From: Candidatus Omnitrophota bacterium
GTDB lineage: Bacteria > Omnitrophota > Gorgyraeia > Gygaellales > Profunditerraquicolaceae
Reading direction: 5' to 3'
Length of the DNA stretch: 64,000 nt
NCBI GenBank assembly: GCA_042577285.1
Contig: JBHPDM010000002.1
Span: 6,917 to 70,916, forward strand
The notes beneath the pieces are model-generated. The model did no database searches. It was not told where the DNA came from and worked only from the letters and a program-made list of their open reading frames with translations. Position numbers and translations under genes: made by a program. This document shows positions 7,871 to 17,974 of the stretch, in pieces (positions within the stretch are counted from its first letter, which is position 1; every line of letters starts with the position of its first letter).

Positions 7871-8614
7871 CTAAAATTTGTATACGAAAGAGCCTTGCAA
7901 CAATAGACCGTTTATATCTAAATCCAAGAGATCGTCGCTATGGGAGAAATCCACCTTGATGCCCTTATAGCCTATGTCGATATTCACAAATTTATGCGGC
8001 TTCAACCGGGCAACCGCCCTATATTCGATATAAGTATCTCCTGCATAGCCGATCCCGTTTATCTGGGCTAAAAGACTAAGATACTTAGTACAATCAAGCT
8101 CGGCTGCCACCCCGGCGCTGGGCAAGGGCAGAATCTCTGAATAGGTCTCATTATTGCCTCCCCCCTGCAGGTTCAGGCTGGCATCGTAAACCGTTAACTT
8201 TAGGAGTGGCGCTAAAGAAACACCCAGCTCATCATCACCTAAATGCAGGAGGTCGTACTGATACTGCGCCTCAAACAGGTTGTATTCCAGTTTAGTCTCT
8301 ACGGCGACGCTGATACTATAGGTCTTATTCTGGAAATCTATGGATCTAGTAAGAATCTTGGAGCCTGAGAATTCGAAGCTTGCGTAATCAAAACTAAAAT
8401 GGTGCTTCTTGCCGTCTAATCTTACATTGACCCCTACTGCCTTATCATCGCCAAGCCCCAAGTCATCCTCCAGGTCGAGCCTTGTCCCTGCGGATTGAGC
8501 ATTTCCTGAGATATCCAGATCCTGATAGCTTGGTCCTGCGGAGATCTCCAATGCCCAGGCAGTACTCCCGCAGAATAAAGCCATAACCACTACTGCGATA
8601 ATCTTCTTCATCAT
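7871..8614 (-). CDS. Outer-membrane beta-barrel protein
   Basis: Signal peptide ends STAWA. The sequence has an alternating beta-strand pattern, and the C-terminus ...GSFVYKF ends in an aromatic residue, as is typical of OMPs. Confidence 0.6.
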   Translation of the reverse strand: MMKKIIAVVVMALFCGSTAWALEISAGPSYQDLDISGNAQSAGTRLDLEDDLGLGDDKAVGVNVRLDGKKHHFSFDYASFEFSGSKILTRSIDFQNKTYSISVAVETKLEYNLFEAQYQYDLLHLGDDELGVSLAPLLKLTVYDASLNLQGGGNNETYSEILPLPSAGVAAELDCTKYLSLLAQINGIGYAGDTYIEYRAVARLKPHKFVNIDIGYKGIKVDFSHSDDLLDLDINGLLLQGSFVYKF

Positions 8615-8628
8615 CTTTCCTTCTTAAA

Positions 8629-8705
8629 TGGTGGGCGATAGAGGACTTGAACCCCTGACCTTCTGAATGTAAATCAGACGCTCTAACCAACTGAGCCAAT
8701 CGCCC
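8629..8705 (-). tRNA. tRNA-Val (anticodon TAC), CCA encoded
   Basis: Hand-folded cloverleaf. Acceptor GGGCGAT/ATCGCCC, anticodon loop TTTACAT. Confidence 0.9.
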
Positions 8706-8714
8706 AAAGCCTTC

Positions 8715-9155
8715 TTAAAATTTACCCAGGAGGCCCATGGCAAAAGCCATCACAAAGAGCGCAACCGTCTCGATAATTCCTAAGACTACGATGTAGTTTC
8801 CGAATCCCTTTCCGGTCTCACCCATGGCATCGGCAGCGACTGCTCCGGCCTTACCCTGCATCATCGCTGAAGCGCCGATGGCTATACCGCTGATCACTCC
8901 CACGGCTGCAACCTCAACTCCTCTGGCGGCAAGTTCTGCGATCTTATTCATCACGATCATACCATAGATAGTCTGGGTAAGCGGTGCCCCGACAAAGGCG
9001 AGCATGATAAAAGAAGCAGGCTTATTATGGGCAAAGGCCTTCTTCCAGGCTCCGATCGCAGCCATACCTGCGATACCGGTTCCCAACGCTGAGCCGATAG
9101 CAGCAAAGTCAAGCACCGCACTTATACCAAAATCATGAAATTGCAGTATAGTCAT
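8715..9155 (-). CDS. ntpK: V-type ATPase proteolipid subunit K (4 TM helices)
   Basis: Gly/Ala-rich TM hairpins, with motifs PLTQTIYG, MMQGKAG and IIETVALF. Operon context supports the call. Confidence 0.85.
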   Translation of the reverse strand: MTILQFHDFGISAVLDFAAIGSALGTGIAGMAAIGAWKKAFAHNKPASFIMLAFVGAPLTQTIYGMIVMNKIAELAARGVEVAAVGVISGIAIGASAMMQGKAGAVAADAMGETGKGFGNYIVVLGIIETVALFVMAFAMGLLGKF

Positions 9156-9172
9156 TGTATCCTCCGTGACGG

Positions 9173-10945
9173 TTAAGCCGCTTCCCGAAGCGGATTATAT
9201 CTGAAACCACTCCATTTTACATCAATATGGTTGCAAAATTCAAGTACATTCAATCGTACCCCATGCACTAAAACTCCCATCGGCCCGAGCAATATATTAA
9301 GAGAATGCCCTAACAATAATATCAAGGCAGTGGCAGCCCCTGAGATAACGCTATTAAAGCCGATACTCAGCGCCAATTTATTGAAAGAATCAGCGATGGC
9401 AACCGTAGCCAATCCGACGGCAAAAAGACGGATATAGGAGACCACATCAGTAAAGGTGTTAACAAAATTCAAAAGCAGGCTTCCTAACCCTGCGCCGATA
9501 CCTTTAAAGATGTTCTTACGGAAACTTGTAAAGAATACCACCAAAACCGGCCCGACGATAAAGAACCACTTACCGAAAGCCGGAAAATTATCCCCGATGA
9601 TCAGGGTCTTTGCCAAGAAGAATGCGCCCCAAAGGACTGATATCCAACCCGCTTCGGAGAGAGCAGTCAATGATGGCGCCTTTACAATCAGCCGCCAGAG
9701 GTGGGCAATGCTTAGATGCGCAGCACCCAGGAAGAAACAGAGCACCTGGATGTTTCTGCTGTTGCGTAAGGCCGGCAGCAGGGGTTGAACTGTCTGGGGA
9801 AGCCACTCCTGACCGAAAAACGTTCCGGTCAACACCCCCCAGGCTACGGCACAGAGGCTGAATAGGTAAAAGAGGATAAAAACTGATTTATCGCTGAGCT
9901 TCGAACCCCATTTTAACTGCGCCAGAAGCGTAAGCGCAAAGAAAATCGCGCCATATGCCGCATCTCCGATCAGCATCCCGAAAAAGATAGATAAAAATAC
10001 CAGCACCCAAAGGCTGATATCAAACTCGTGGTATCCCGGCACTACTTCGATCATCTTAAATATCGGGCTGATTATCGATACCCAGCGCGGATTACGGATC
10101 AAGGTAGGCACCCTCTCATCATCTGCCGGGTCATCTACAACTATCCCCCACCTCTGCTGCCTGGCAGCCTCCTGTAAGGATTCTACCATATCATGCGGCA
10201 CAAACCCGGTAAGATACGCGATCTCACCGGTAAGTCCCATCCCCCTTAACGCCTGGTGAAACTCTAGCCGGCTACGTAGAGAGTCCCCGATGTGTAGAAA
10301 CTCCTTGTGGAAAGAGCTGAACCTGGAGATCTCTTCTTTGATCGCCTTCATCGTCTGGGTATCTTCGGCTAGCCGTGCGCGCATATCCTTAAGGCTGATC
10401 TTCGGCGGAATAACCTCCTTAAAGGGGATCTCCACCATCTTTCGTGATACCACTGCGCAATTGATTATACCCCTGACCGCGGAGATCTTTTTTACGATCA
10501 CATCCTTAGGAAGGTTGTTGATCTCTTTGGCCGGGAGAGAATAAAGCCTGATATAAACCCCTTTTCCTGCCATCTCCTGCAAGTCCTGTGGGTTGAAATC
10601 TCCCCAGGCCTGCCAGCGGCTGATCATATTATTCATCATGCGGGAGTATTCATCAAGCCGCTCCAGGCGCTTTTGCGCATCAATGATGTGTTGGCAGGCG
10701 AACTTCCAGTCGCCTAAATCCTGATCAGTCTTTGCGCGCGGGTCTTTTGAATATTCTGCTGAGGATAAGATCCCCGATGCCTGAGCCAGAAGCGCAAGTT
10801 CATCATGCAGGCTGTTTATATCCGCCCCTTTTGGAGGCTGCTGATGTTTGACGTGTACAACGCCCAGCTTACGCAAAGAGCTGACTGCCGAGTCAGCATC
10901 CTTTGCCTGCATCAAAAGCGCTACTTTTTTCATCTGTACGATCAT
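9173..10945 (-). CDS. ntpI: V-type ATPase subunit I
   Basis: 590 aa. The N-terminal half is soluble and the C-terminal half is polytopic, and the gene sits in the V-ATPase operon. Confidence 0.85.
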   Translation of the reverse strand: MIVQMKKVALLMQAKDADSAVSSLRKLGVVHVKHQQPPKGADINSLHDELALLAQASGILSSAEYSKDPRAKTDQDLGDWKFACQHIIDAQKRLERLDEYSRMMNNMISRWQAWGDFNPQDLQEMAGKGVYIRLYSLPAKEINNLPKDVIVKKISAVRGIINCAVVSRKMVEIPFKEVIPPKISLKDMRARLAEDTQTMKAIKEEISRFSSFHKEFLHIGDSLRSRLEFHQALRGMGLTGEIAYLTGFVPHDMVESLQEAARQQRWGIVVDDPADDERVPTLIRNPRWVSIISPIFKMIEVVPGYHEFDISLWVLVFLSIFFGMLIGDAAYGAIFFALTLLAQLKWGSKLSDKSVFILFYLFSLCAVAWGVLTGTFFGQEWLPQTVQPLLPALRNSRNIQVLCFFLGAAHLSIAHLWRLIVKAPSLTALSEAGWISVLWGAFFLAKTLIIGDNFPAFGKWFFIVGPVLVVFFTSFRKNIFKGIGAGLGSLLLNFVNTFTDVVSYIRLFAVGLATVAIADSFNKLALSIGFNSVISGAATALILLLGHSLNILLGPMGVLVHGVRLNVLEFCNHIDVKWSGFRYNPLREAA

Positions 10946-11008
10946 CGATTTTTCTCTCTCTAAATTTCCGGAAAATCAATTCCGCCTCGGCGCGAGGCAA
11001 ACAACCAG

Positions 11009-11635
11009 CTATGAATTGGCGGTTGCGAGGGATGCTTCTTGATATGCCTCGATCTTCCTCTTGGCGATCTTGCTGCGTCCAACGGCATTAGTCATCTGAT
11101 CCCCAAGATAGATCTTGATCAGGCGTATCGCTTCTCTCGCCTCGGGGATCTTTATCTTTTCAAAGAGATTCACCCTCTGTGTCGTGATACGCAGCTCATG
11201 TCTTAAGAGCTCGATCCCCTTTTTTATCACTCTGACCTCCTGAATCAACGCAGCTAAATTTTTCAACTCCTCAACTGCCGCATCCACCCAAAGAGGAGTG
11301 ATAAAAAGATCATAATCCGCAGGTTTAAATTCCGCGCGAACAAAAACGGGTATATCTGTGCCGGCGATATTCCTTGTACCGGTAATCGTCTCTTGTGGAC
11401 TGGCCCATCTTTTGATATCTATGCCCGGCTCAGCAAGTAATCCTGCCCAGCCGCTGGCCGCATTTCTCATCTTAGCCTCAAGCGCCATCTTCTCATGCAG
11501 TGCGGTTAACTGATGCAGGATCTCAAGCTGCAGCTGTTGCTTCTTAAGCAGCAAAGTCGGCAGATAACGCTCAAACTGCTTTAATGCATCGCGCTGCCTC
11601 TTTAATTCTCCTTTTGTAAGTTTGATTTTTAACAT
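11009..11635 (-). CDS. ntpD: V-type ATPase subunit D
   Basis: Coiled-coil protein beginning [28 protein letters not shown]. The start at 11635 overlaps the subunit B stop (TGATG). Confidence 0.8.
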   Translation of the reverse strand: MLKIKLTKGELKRQRDALKQFERYLPTLLLKKQQLQLEILHQLTALHEKMALEAKMRNAASGWAGLLAEPGIDIKRWASPQETITGTRNIAGTDIPVFVRAEFKPADYDLFITPLWVDAAVEELKNLAALIQEVRVIKKGIELLRHELRITTQRVNLFEKIKIPEAREAIRLIKIYLGDQMTNAVGRSKIAKRKIEAYQEASLATANS

Positions 11636-12930
11636 CAGCGCTTTGGCCAGTATTTCTCGATTATCGAAGGCTCGATCCCTGTCTCCTCGGGAGTAAAACA
11701 ATCAGCCATGATCTGCCAGCCGCGGTCTAAGGCCTGCTCAAGCGGGATATTGACCTTAAGGGACATCATCCCCTGTTCAAACTTCCTGCCATATTGAAGA
11801 AGTTTTCCATCCCAGCTGCTCATCTGAAATCCCATTGCCTGCTTTTCTAAGCTGGAGCGGTAATCAGCAAATAGCTGAATCATCGTATTCATGATCGTAC
11901 GATGGTCAGGGCGGGTCTTTCCGTTGACCTGCTGTTTAAGACGGCTGAGCGATCCAAATGGTTCAATAACGCCACCCTTTAGATAGAATTGTCCTTCTGT
12001 GATATAACCGGTATTATCCGGCACCGGATGGGTTACATCGTCTCCGGGCATAGTGGTTGCCGCGAGTATTGTAATCGATCCGGCAGTATCAAAATCAACT
12101 GCCTTCTCATAGCGGGCTGCTAACTGACTGTATAGATCCCCGGGATACCCGCGGTTTGAGGGAACCTGCTCCATGGTAATCGAGATCTCCTTTAAGGCAT
12201 CGGAGAAATTAGTCATGTCCGTCAGAAGCACCAGCACCCGTTTGCCGGCTAAAGCAAACTGCTCAGCCACTGCCAGGCTGATATCAGGCACCAAAAGACA
12301 CTCTACCGTGGGATCTGATGCGGTGTGGATAAAAAATATCGAACGCGAGATGGAATCATGCTCCTGCAGTGTATCCCTGAAGAACAGATAATCGTCATGC
12401 TTCAGGCCCATCCCGCCCAGAATAATGATATCTACCTCCGCCTGGGTAGCGATGCGCGCTAAGAGTTCATTATAAGGCTCACCGGCAATGGAAAATATCG
12501 GCAACTTCTGTGATTCTACCAGTGAATTAAAGATGTCGATCATCGGGATACCGGTGCGCACCATCTTATTGGGGATGATCCTTTTTATCGGGTTTACCGG
12601 CGGACCTCCGATATCGATCAGGTTCTGCGATAGTGCCGGACCCTTATCAAGCGGTGTGCCGCTTCCGTTAAAGATGCGCCCCAAAAGATCGTCTCCGCTT
12701 GCGATGCGCATGGGATGGCGTAGGAAACGTACCTTATCCCCGGTTGAGATCCCGCGGCTGCCGGCAAAAACCTGTAGGGCGACATTTTTTCCGTCAAGGC
12801 GGATCACCTGAGCCAGGGATCTCCCGCGCCGAGTAGAAACTTCAGCGATCTCTGAATAACCCACGCCGGATGCCTCCACGGTAATCACGTCTCCGGCGAT
12901 CTGACTGATATTTGTATAGACTTTATGCAC
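11635..12930 (-). CDS. ntpB: V-type ATPase subunit B
   Basis: Sequence typical of the non-catalytic A/B family ([20 protein letters not shown]). Confidence 0.9.
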   Translation of the reverse strand: MHKVYTNISQIAGDVITVEASGVGYSEIAEVSTRRGRSLAQVIRLDGKNVALQVFAGSRGISTGDKVRFLRHPMRIASGDDLLGRIFNGSGTPLDKGPALSQNLIDIGGPPVNPIKRIIPNKMVRTGIPMIDIFNSLVESQKLPIFSIAGEPYNELLARIATQAEVDIIILGGMGLKHDDYLFFRDTLQEHDSISRSIFFIHTASDPTVECLLVPDISLAVAEQFALAGKRVLVLLTDMTNFSDALKEISITMEQVPSNRGYPGDLYSQLAARYEKAVDFDTAGSITILAATTMPGDDVTHPVPDNTGYITEGQFYLKGGVIEPFGSLSRLKQQVNGKTRPDHRTIMNTMIQLFADYRSSLEKQAMGFQMSSWDGKLLQYGRKFEQGMMSLKVNIPLEQALDRGWQIMADCFTPEETGIEPSIIEKYWPKR

Positions 12931-14671
12931 CTGCCTCTTCCTTCTTTAGGGCTTCTTTGACTATGCCTGAAATCTCATCTTCAAATCTCTTAAACTCAGC
13001 GCTTTTGCGTCCGGAAGAATTCAAGCCGCGGAAGAGCTGCCTTAGCTTCTGGAATGACTTCAGTGCCTGCTCCTTATCCTTAAAATCAAACTTTGCCTCT
13101 AGGATCTTATAGATAAAATCAAAGATATATTTTTGCCTATCGGCGCTAGTCGCCTCATCGACTTTATCGTAGGCGTTCTGCTGCAGATAGACAAAATCAA
13201 AGAACTCCCCCTTAAGATAGTCTATGTAATCCTCTAAAGAAGTCCCCTCTTCTCCTACCACCTTCATCATCTGCGCTACATCGCTGCTCTTACGCAGTAT
13301 GGAGTGGCCCGCGCGCATCTGTTTTTCATCGATGAAACTCTTATATTTACTCCAGCTGATCAACGGATCGATCGCAGGATAGCGCCTGGCATCAGAGCGG
13401 TCTCGGGAAAGGCCATGGAATGCGCCTACGACTTTCAGTGTCGCCTGGGTAACCGGTTCTTCAAAATTTCCGCCGGCAGGACTCACTGTCCCGCCGATAG
13501 TCACTGAGCCGATGCTTCCGTCGCGCAGCCTGACAATACCTGCCCTTTCATAAAATGAAGCGATGCGCGACTCAAGATATGCAGGAAATGCCTCTTCTCC
13601 GGGGATCTCCTCTAACCTTCCGGACATCTCACGCATTGCCTGCGCCCACCTTGAGGTGGAATCAGCCAAAAGTAAAACATTCAGGCCCATCTGGCGGTAA
13701 TACTCGGCAATCGTGACTGCAGTATAAACGCTAGATTCTCTCGCTGCCACCGGCATGGAACTTGTGTTGCAGATGATCACCGTGCGGTCACTTAAGGGCT
13801 TTCCTGTCCTGGGGTCGGTTATTTCAGGAAAAGTCTTTAAGGTCTCAACTACTTCGCCGGCACGCTCTCCGCAGGCGGCAATAATAACGATATCCACCTC
13901 GGCGTGACGGCTGGTCAGCTGCTGCAGGACGGTCTTTCCCGAACCGAATGGCCCGGGGATGCAATAGGTACCGCCGCGGGCAACCGGAAAGAGAGAATCT
14001 ATCAGGCGCATCTTAGTGACCAGGGGCTCGCCCGGCTTTAATCTTTCGGAATAGGCGCGGATCGGGATCTTCACCGGCCAGATCTGCTGCAGGAATACAT
14101 TGTGCTGCTTGCCGGATTCATCCTTTACCTTAGCGATCGGTTCTTTAAGATTGTATTCGCCTTTTTCTTTTATCTCGGCAAGTTCAAGACTACCCTGAAG
14201 GTTAAAGGGGACCATGATGTAATGCTTAAAGAGCTTCTCCGGTACAAAGCCTAACTTATCGCCGCTGCGTACTATATCACCTTTATTTGCCGTCGGGGTA
14301 AACTCCCATCTTGCCTCGTCAGGGAGAGCTTCAAAATAGACGCCGCGCTTTAAAAAGAAACCGCACTCCTGGGCGACATGCGGGAGCGGGTTTTGCAGGC
14401 CGTCAAAGATCTGGCCTAAAAGCCCCGGTCCAAGCTCAACTGAAAGCAACTCGTCGGTAAACTCGACCTTTTCCCCGACCTTAAGCCCGCCGGTGTTCTC
14501 ATAGACCTGCATCTCGGCGAGATTACCCCTGACGCGGATCACTTCTGACTTAAGCCGTTCTGTTCCGTGGATAATGTAGGCGACCTCATTCTGGATCACG
14601 AAGTCATCTATCTCCACGGCGACCATATTGCCGTTGATCCTGGTTATGCGTCCGATTCTATTCTTCGCCAT
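12923..14671 (-). CDS. ntpA: V-type ATPase catalytic subunit A
   Basis: Walker A is GPFGSGKT. It has an ...AEYYR.. region, and its length of 582 aa is typical of A subunits. Confidence 0.9.
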   Translation of the reverse strand: MAKNRIGRITRINGNMVAVEIDDFVIQNEVAYIIHGTERLKSEVIRVRGNLAEMQVYENTGGLKVGEKVEFTDELLSVELGPGLLGQIFDGLQNPLPHVAQECGFFLKRGVYFEALPDEARWEFTPTANKGDIVRSGDKLGFVPEKLFKHYIMVPFNLQGSLELAEIKEKGEYNLKEPIAKVKDESGKQHNVFLQQIWPVKIPIRAYSERLKPGEPLVTKMRLIDSLFPVARGGTYCIPGPFGSGKTVLQQLTSRHAEVDIVIIAACGERAGEVVETLKTFPEITDPRTGKPLSDRTVIICNTSSMPVAARESSVYTAVTIAEYYRQMGLNVLLLADSTSRWAQAMREMSGRLEEIPGEEAFPAYLESRIASFYERAGIVRLRDGSIGSVTIGGTVSPAGGNFEEPVTQATLKVVGAFHGLSRDRSDARRYPAIDPLISWSKYKSFIDEKQMRAGHSILRKSSDVAQMMKVVGEEGTSLEDYIDYLKGEFFDFVYLQQNAYDKVDEATSADRQKYIFDFIYKILEAKFDFKDKEQALKSFQKLRQLFRGLNSSGRKSAEFKRFEDEISGIVKEALKKEEAGA

Positions 14672-14672
14672 C

Positions 14673-15197
14673 TTATGCCAGTGCCTCTTCTAATAAACCG
14701 GATTTATCTGCCGAGTCAATCCTCTCCCAGCGCTCGAGGATAAGTAATTTAAGCGCATAAACTATCAAGGCATCTATGTCAAAGTAGTGCCCTGCGCTCA
14801 GTTCATCTAAAACACGCCACCTCTGCTGATCTAAATAATTCTCCCCTTCAATGATCGAAGGATTTTTCAGCGCGTTCATCGCTACGCGGCTTGTCTGCGG
14901 CTCTGCGTAATCCTCTTCACGCAGGTATTTGTCCGGATTGACCCGCTTGCGCTGCGCGCGGATCTTGACCAGTTCATTTCTTAGCGTCTTCTCAAAGGCG
15001 CTCCACTTCTTCAGGGTAGGCTGTCTTTCCTTATAGAGAGAAACTCCTGCATGGGTAAGACCCTTGAGCATCTCAAGTTCTCCTTGAGGGATCAGGCCGG
15101 TGCAGGTACGGATAAATTTATCAAATGATAGGGGTGGCTTTATCCCGAAATGAAGCATCGGCAAGCTGGATAAGAGATATGTGTAGTGCGCGCTCAT
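14673..15197 (-). CDS. DUF2764-like V-ATPase accessory subunit (occupies the C/d-subunit slot in Bacteroidetes-type operons)
   Basis: N-terminus is YTYLLSSLPMLHFGIKPPLSF. It lies between the E and A subunit genes. Confidence 0.6.
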   Translation of the reverse strand: MSAHYTYLLSSLPMLHFGIKPPLSFDKFIRTCTGLIPQGELEMLKGLTHAGVSLYKERQPTLKKWSAFEKTLRNELVKIRAQRKRVNPDKYLREEDYAEPQTSRVAMNALKNPSIIEGENYLDQQRWRVLDELSAGHYFDIDALIVYALKLLILERWERIDSADKSGLLEEALA

Positions 15198-15198
15198 C

Positions 15199-15834
15199 CT
15201 ATCTTTTTCTCTTCTTCTTTTTTACTTCCGGGGTTGTACCCTTTAAGATCTCAGCCAGCTTGGGCTTCATGTAGGAACCGATATATTCGGCAAGGCCCTG
15301 GTCAGTAAAATCAAAGTGTGATTTGTTGCCGTCATAGCTGATGATAAAACCGGCACGTATATCCTCAGAGCCCCTGAGAGTTATCCCGCTTTTGGCTGCC
15401 TGCTTTAGCTCGCCTAAAAGGCCCTTCTCCAGCGCTGCCAGGTCGCTCTTCTTAAGCGATACAACTATATCGGATTTTTCTTTTTTACCGTGACTCCTGA
15501 TCAGGCTGGCGATGATCCTGGCCATCTCCTGGGGGCTCAACGCCTCGCGCAGACGCGCGGTGACCAGACGGTCAAGCATAGCATTGACCTCTTTCTTCAG
15601 GGCAAGCAGCATATCCCTTCCGGACTGCTCAAGCTCAAGTCCCGTCCCCTCCTGCATCTTAGCCACTTTTTGCCTGGCTTCGGCGATGATCTTCTCGGCC
15701 TGGCGGCCGGCATCATCAACGATCCGCTCGGCCTTGCGCTTGGCATCCGCCTCTATCTCAATGGCCTTGCCTTGAGCAGCCTTTATGCCTTCCCGGTTGA
15801 TCTTCTCTATTAACCCTTTTAGCTCTTCTGCCAT
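15199..15834 (-). CDS. ntpE: V-type ATPase subunit E
   Basis: Charged coiled-coil N-terminus (IEADAKRKAERIVDDAGRQAEKIIAEARQK). First gene of the operon. Confidence 0.8.
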   Translation of the reverse strand: MAEELKGLIEKINREGIKAAQGKAIEIEADAKRKAERIVDDAGRQAEKIIAEARQKVAKMQEGTGLELEQSGRDMLLALKKEVNAMLDRLVTARLREALSPQEMARIIASLIRSHGKKEKSDIVVSLKKSDLAALEKGLLGELKQAAKSGITLRGSEDIRAGFIISYDGNKSHFDFTDQGLAEYIGSYMKPKLAEILKGTTPEVKKKKRKR

Positions 15835-15883
15835 GGCCTTCTCCTCTATAATAGACCTGTAAGAATAGGCCTATAAGACCCTT

Positions 15884-15912
15884 ATTATAAGGGATTTACC
15901 CCCCTAATTCAA
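15884..15912 (-). promoter_or_regulatory. Sigma70-type promoter of the V-ATPase operon
   Basis: The minus strand reads TTGAAT-17 nt-TATAAT, 49 nt upstream of the ntpE ATG. Confidence 0.55.
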
Positions 15913-15923
15913 CCCCAAATGTA

Positions 15924-16017
15924 GGGACGCTCTTTTTGCTAATCGGGAGAGTGTCCCCTTATTTACAAATCCTGTAGAAAAAAGGGACAGTTTCCGCTTT
16001 AGCAAAAAGAGCGTCCC
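15924..16017. repeat. 94-bp palindromic MITE/REP-like element, copy 1
   Basis: Perfect 19-bp terminal inverted repeats GGGACGCTCTTTTTGCTAA / TTAGCAAAAAGAGCGTCCC. Apart from the central 19 nt, where 12 of 19 positions match, it is identical to the copy at 26041-26134. Confidence 0.85.
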
Positions 16018-16691
16018 TAAAGATTTCTTAAGGCTTTGAGGGGATCTCTGGCTTTCAGGATCGGGCGGCCAACTACCATATAATCCACCCCTGCCCTACG
16101 CGCCTCTTCAGGCGTTGCAGCCCGGGCCTGGTCACCCTTAGAAGAACCGGCCGGCCTTATACCCGGTGAGCAAATGAGGAAATTCCTACCCAGGCTCCTC
16201 CTGATCATCTTCGCCTCATGCACAGAGCAGACTATGCCATCCAGACCGCACCTTTTAGCCATCCTGGCCAGATAAAGCACCTCCTGAGACAGCGATCTTT
16301 TGACATTTAAATCTTTCAGAAAGCTCGGACAGATACTTGTCAGGATCGTTACGCCCAGAACTTTGACCTTGCGTTTCTTACAGGTGCGTGCGACTCCTTT
16401 AAGCGCTGTCGGACCGGAGAGTGTATGTACCGTAAACATCGCTACCCTCTGCTTTAAGAGCTCTTTGGTAGCATTTACCATAGTATTAGGTATATCGCTG
16501 AGTTTTAAATCCAAAAACACCTGCGCGCCTGTCTTGCGGATATCACGGATGATCTTTGGCCCACAGGCAGTATAAAGCTGCAATCCCACCTTAAATATCT
16601 TTACCTTAGGATACATGTGCCTTACCCAGCGCATCGCCTGAGCGTAACTATCCACATCTAAAGCTAAGATCAATTTCGGCGCCCGCTTCAT
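16017..16691 (-). CDS. pyrF: Orotidine-5'-phosphate decarboxylase
   Basis: Motifs LILALDV, FLDLKLSDIPNT and VVGRPI. Confidence 0.9.
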   Translation of the reverse strand: MKRAPKLILALDVDSYAQAMRWVRHMYPKVKIFKVGLQLYTACGPKIIRDIRKTGAQVFLDLKLSDIPNTMVNATKELLKQRVAMFTVHTLSGPTALKGVARTCKKRKVKVLGVTILTSICPSFLKDLNVKRSLSQEVLYLARMAKRCGLDGIVCSVHEAKMIRRSLGRNFLICSPGIRPAGSSKGDQARAATPEEARRAGVDYMVVGRPILKARDPLKALRNL

Positions 16692-17602
16692 ACCCTCAAC
16701 CTTCCTGTAAGAGCCTTAATATCTCTTAATTTATTCTTCCTCATGTATTTCTTGATCCCCTCGATTATCTCAACGCTTGAGCGCGGATTAATAAAATTAG
16801 CTGTCCCCACTGCCACAACACTTGCTCCGGCAAACATAAACTCCAGGGCGCTCTCGGCATCAACTATACCACCCATCCCGATGATCGGGATGATTACCTT
16901 ATTGTACGCCTCCCAGACCATCCTCACTGCTATCGGGCGGATCGCCGGCCCGCTTAAGCCGGCGACGAATGAAGAGATCTTCGGTTTTCGTGAATTTACG
17001 TTTATGCTCATCCCGGTGAGCGTATTGATCATCGCCAGCGCATCAGAACCGCCCCGTTCGGCTGCGATGGCAACCTCGACAATATCAGTTACGTTTGGAG
17101 AAAGCTTGGTGATCAAAGTTTTCTTTGTCACCCGACGCACACTGCTTACCAGACTATAGGTCGCCCTTGGATCCTGCGAAATCAACTTTGTCTTGCTCAG
17201 GTTCGGGCAGGAGATGTTTAATTCCAGAGCAGCCACTTCCCTGACCTTATCCAGGCGGCGGGCAAGCCTGACGAATTCATCCGGGTTTTTTTGCGATGCG
17301 ATGCTGACGATTACCGGGACGCCGATTTTTCTTAAGGCAGGAAACTTTTCCTTCAGAAAGACTTCCACTCCGGGATTCTCAAGGCCTATGGAATTAAGCA
17401 TCCCGGCCGGAGTCTCGCAGGTACGCGGAGGTGGATTGCCCTTACGCGGCTTTAAAGTGATCGTCTTGGTGGTGACCGCGCCTAATTTTTTTAAATCCAT
17501 AAACCCGGAGAACTCTTCGGCGTAACCAAAGGTACCGGAGGCGACCGTCAGCGGATTCTTCAACTGTAATTTGCCGATATTAACAGAGAGTTTATTTTGC
17601 AT
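16688..17602 (-). CDS. pyrD: Dihydroorotate dehydrogenase (class 1B catalytic subunit)
   Basis: Motifs NPLTVASGTFG, NSIGLENPG, ELNISCPN and IGMGGI. A pyrK partner gene is present in the cluster. Confidence 0.9.
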   Translation of the reverse strand: MQNKLSVNIGKLQLKNPLTVASGTFGYAEEFSGFMDLKKLGAVTTKTITLKPRKGNPPPRTCETPAGMLNSIGLENPGVEVFLKEKFPALRKIGVPVIVSIASQKNPDEFVRLARRLDKVREVAALELNISCPNLSKTKLISQDPRATYSLVSSVRRVTKKTLITKLSPNVTDIVEVAIAAERGGSDALAMINTLTGMSINVNSRKPKISSFVAGLSGPAIRPIAVRMVWEAYNKVIIPIIGMGGIVDAESALEFMFAGASVVAVGTANFINPRSSVEIIEGIKKYMRKNKLRDIKALTGRLRV

Positions 17603-17603
17603 C

Positions 17604-17963
17604 TTATTTTATAATAATCATCCTCAAGGCGATAACAAGTAATAGTACGCCGAATGCCCTCTTCAGGAGCGGATCAGGAATCCCCTGGACAAAATGTGCC
17701 CCGATCAGGCCGCCGATGAAGAACCCTAAGCAGACGAACGCCGCGATGCCCAGCTTGACGTGGCCGCTGTAATAGTAACGCAACGCTGCCAACAGCCCGA
17801 TGGGAGGGATCATGATCGCCAGGGTCGTCCCCTGCGCCTGATGCTGACTAAGGCCGAGAAGAAACACGAACGCCGGGATCAATATCGTTGCGCCACCGAT
17901 ACCAAAGAGACCGCTTGCTATGCCTGCTACTAAACCTAATGCTACGTAGAGAACATGATTCAT
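17604..17963 (-). CDS. Half-size TauE/SafE-family membrane protein (119 aa, about 4 TM helices)
   Basis: Motifs GIASGLFGIGGATILIPAFVFLLG and a C-terminal ...LLLVIALRMII. Confidence 0.6.
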   Translation of the reverse strand: MNHVLYVALGLVAGIASGLFGIGGATILIPAFVFLLGLSQHQAQGTTLAIMIPPIGLLAALRYYYSGHVKLGIAAFVCLGFFIGGLIGAHFVQGIPDPLLKRAFGVLLLVIALRMIIIK

Positions 17964-17974
17964 GGCCCCGCCTC

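Noticed and set aside
8463-8699. 78-aa minus-strand ORF.
   Set aside because: It overlaps tRNA-Val(TAC) and the 5' part of the OMP gene in another frame. It is an artefact of the tRNA sequence.
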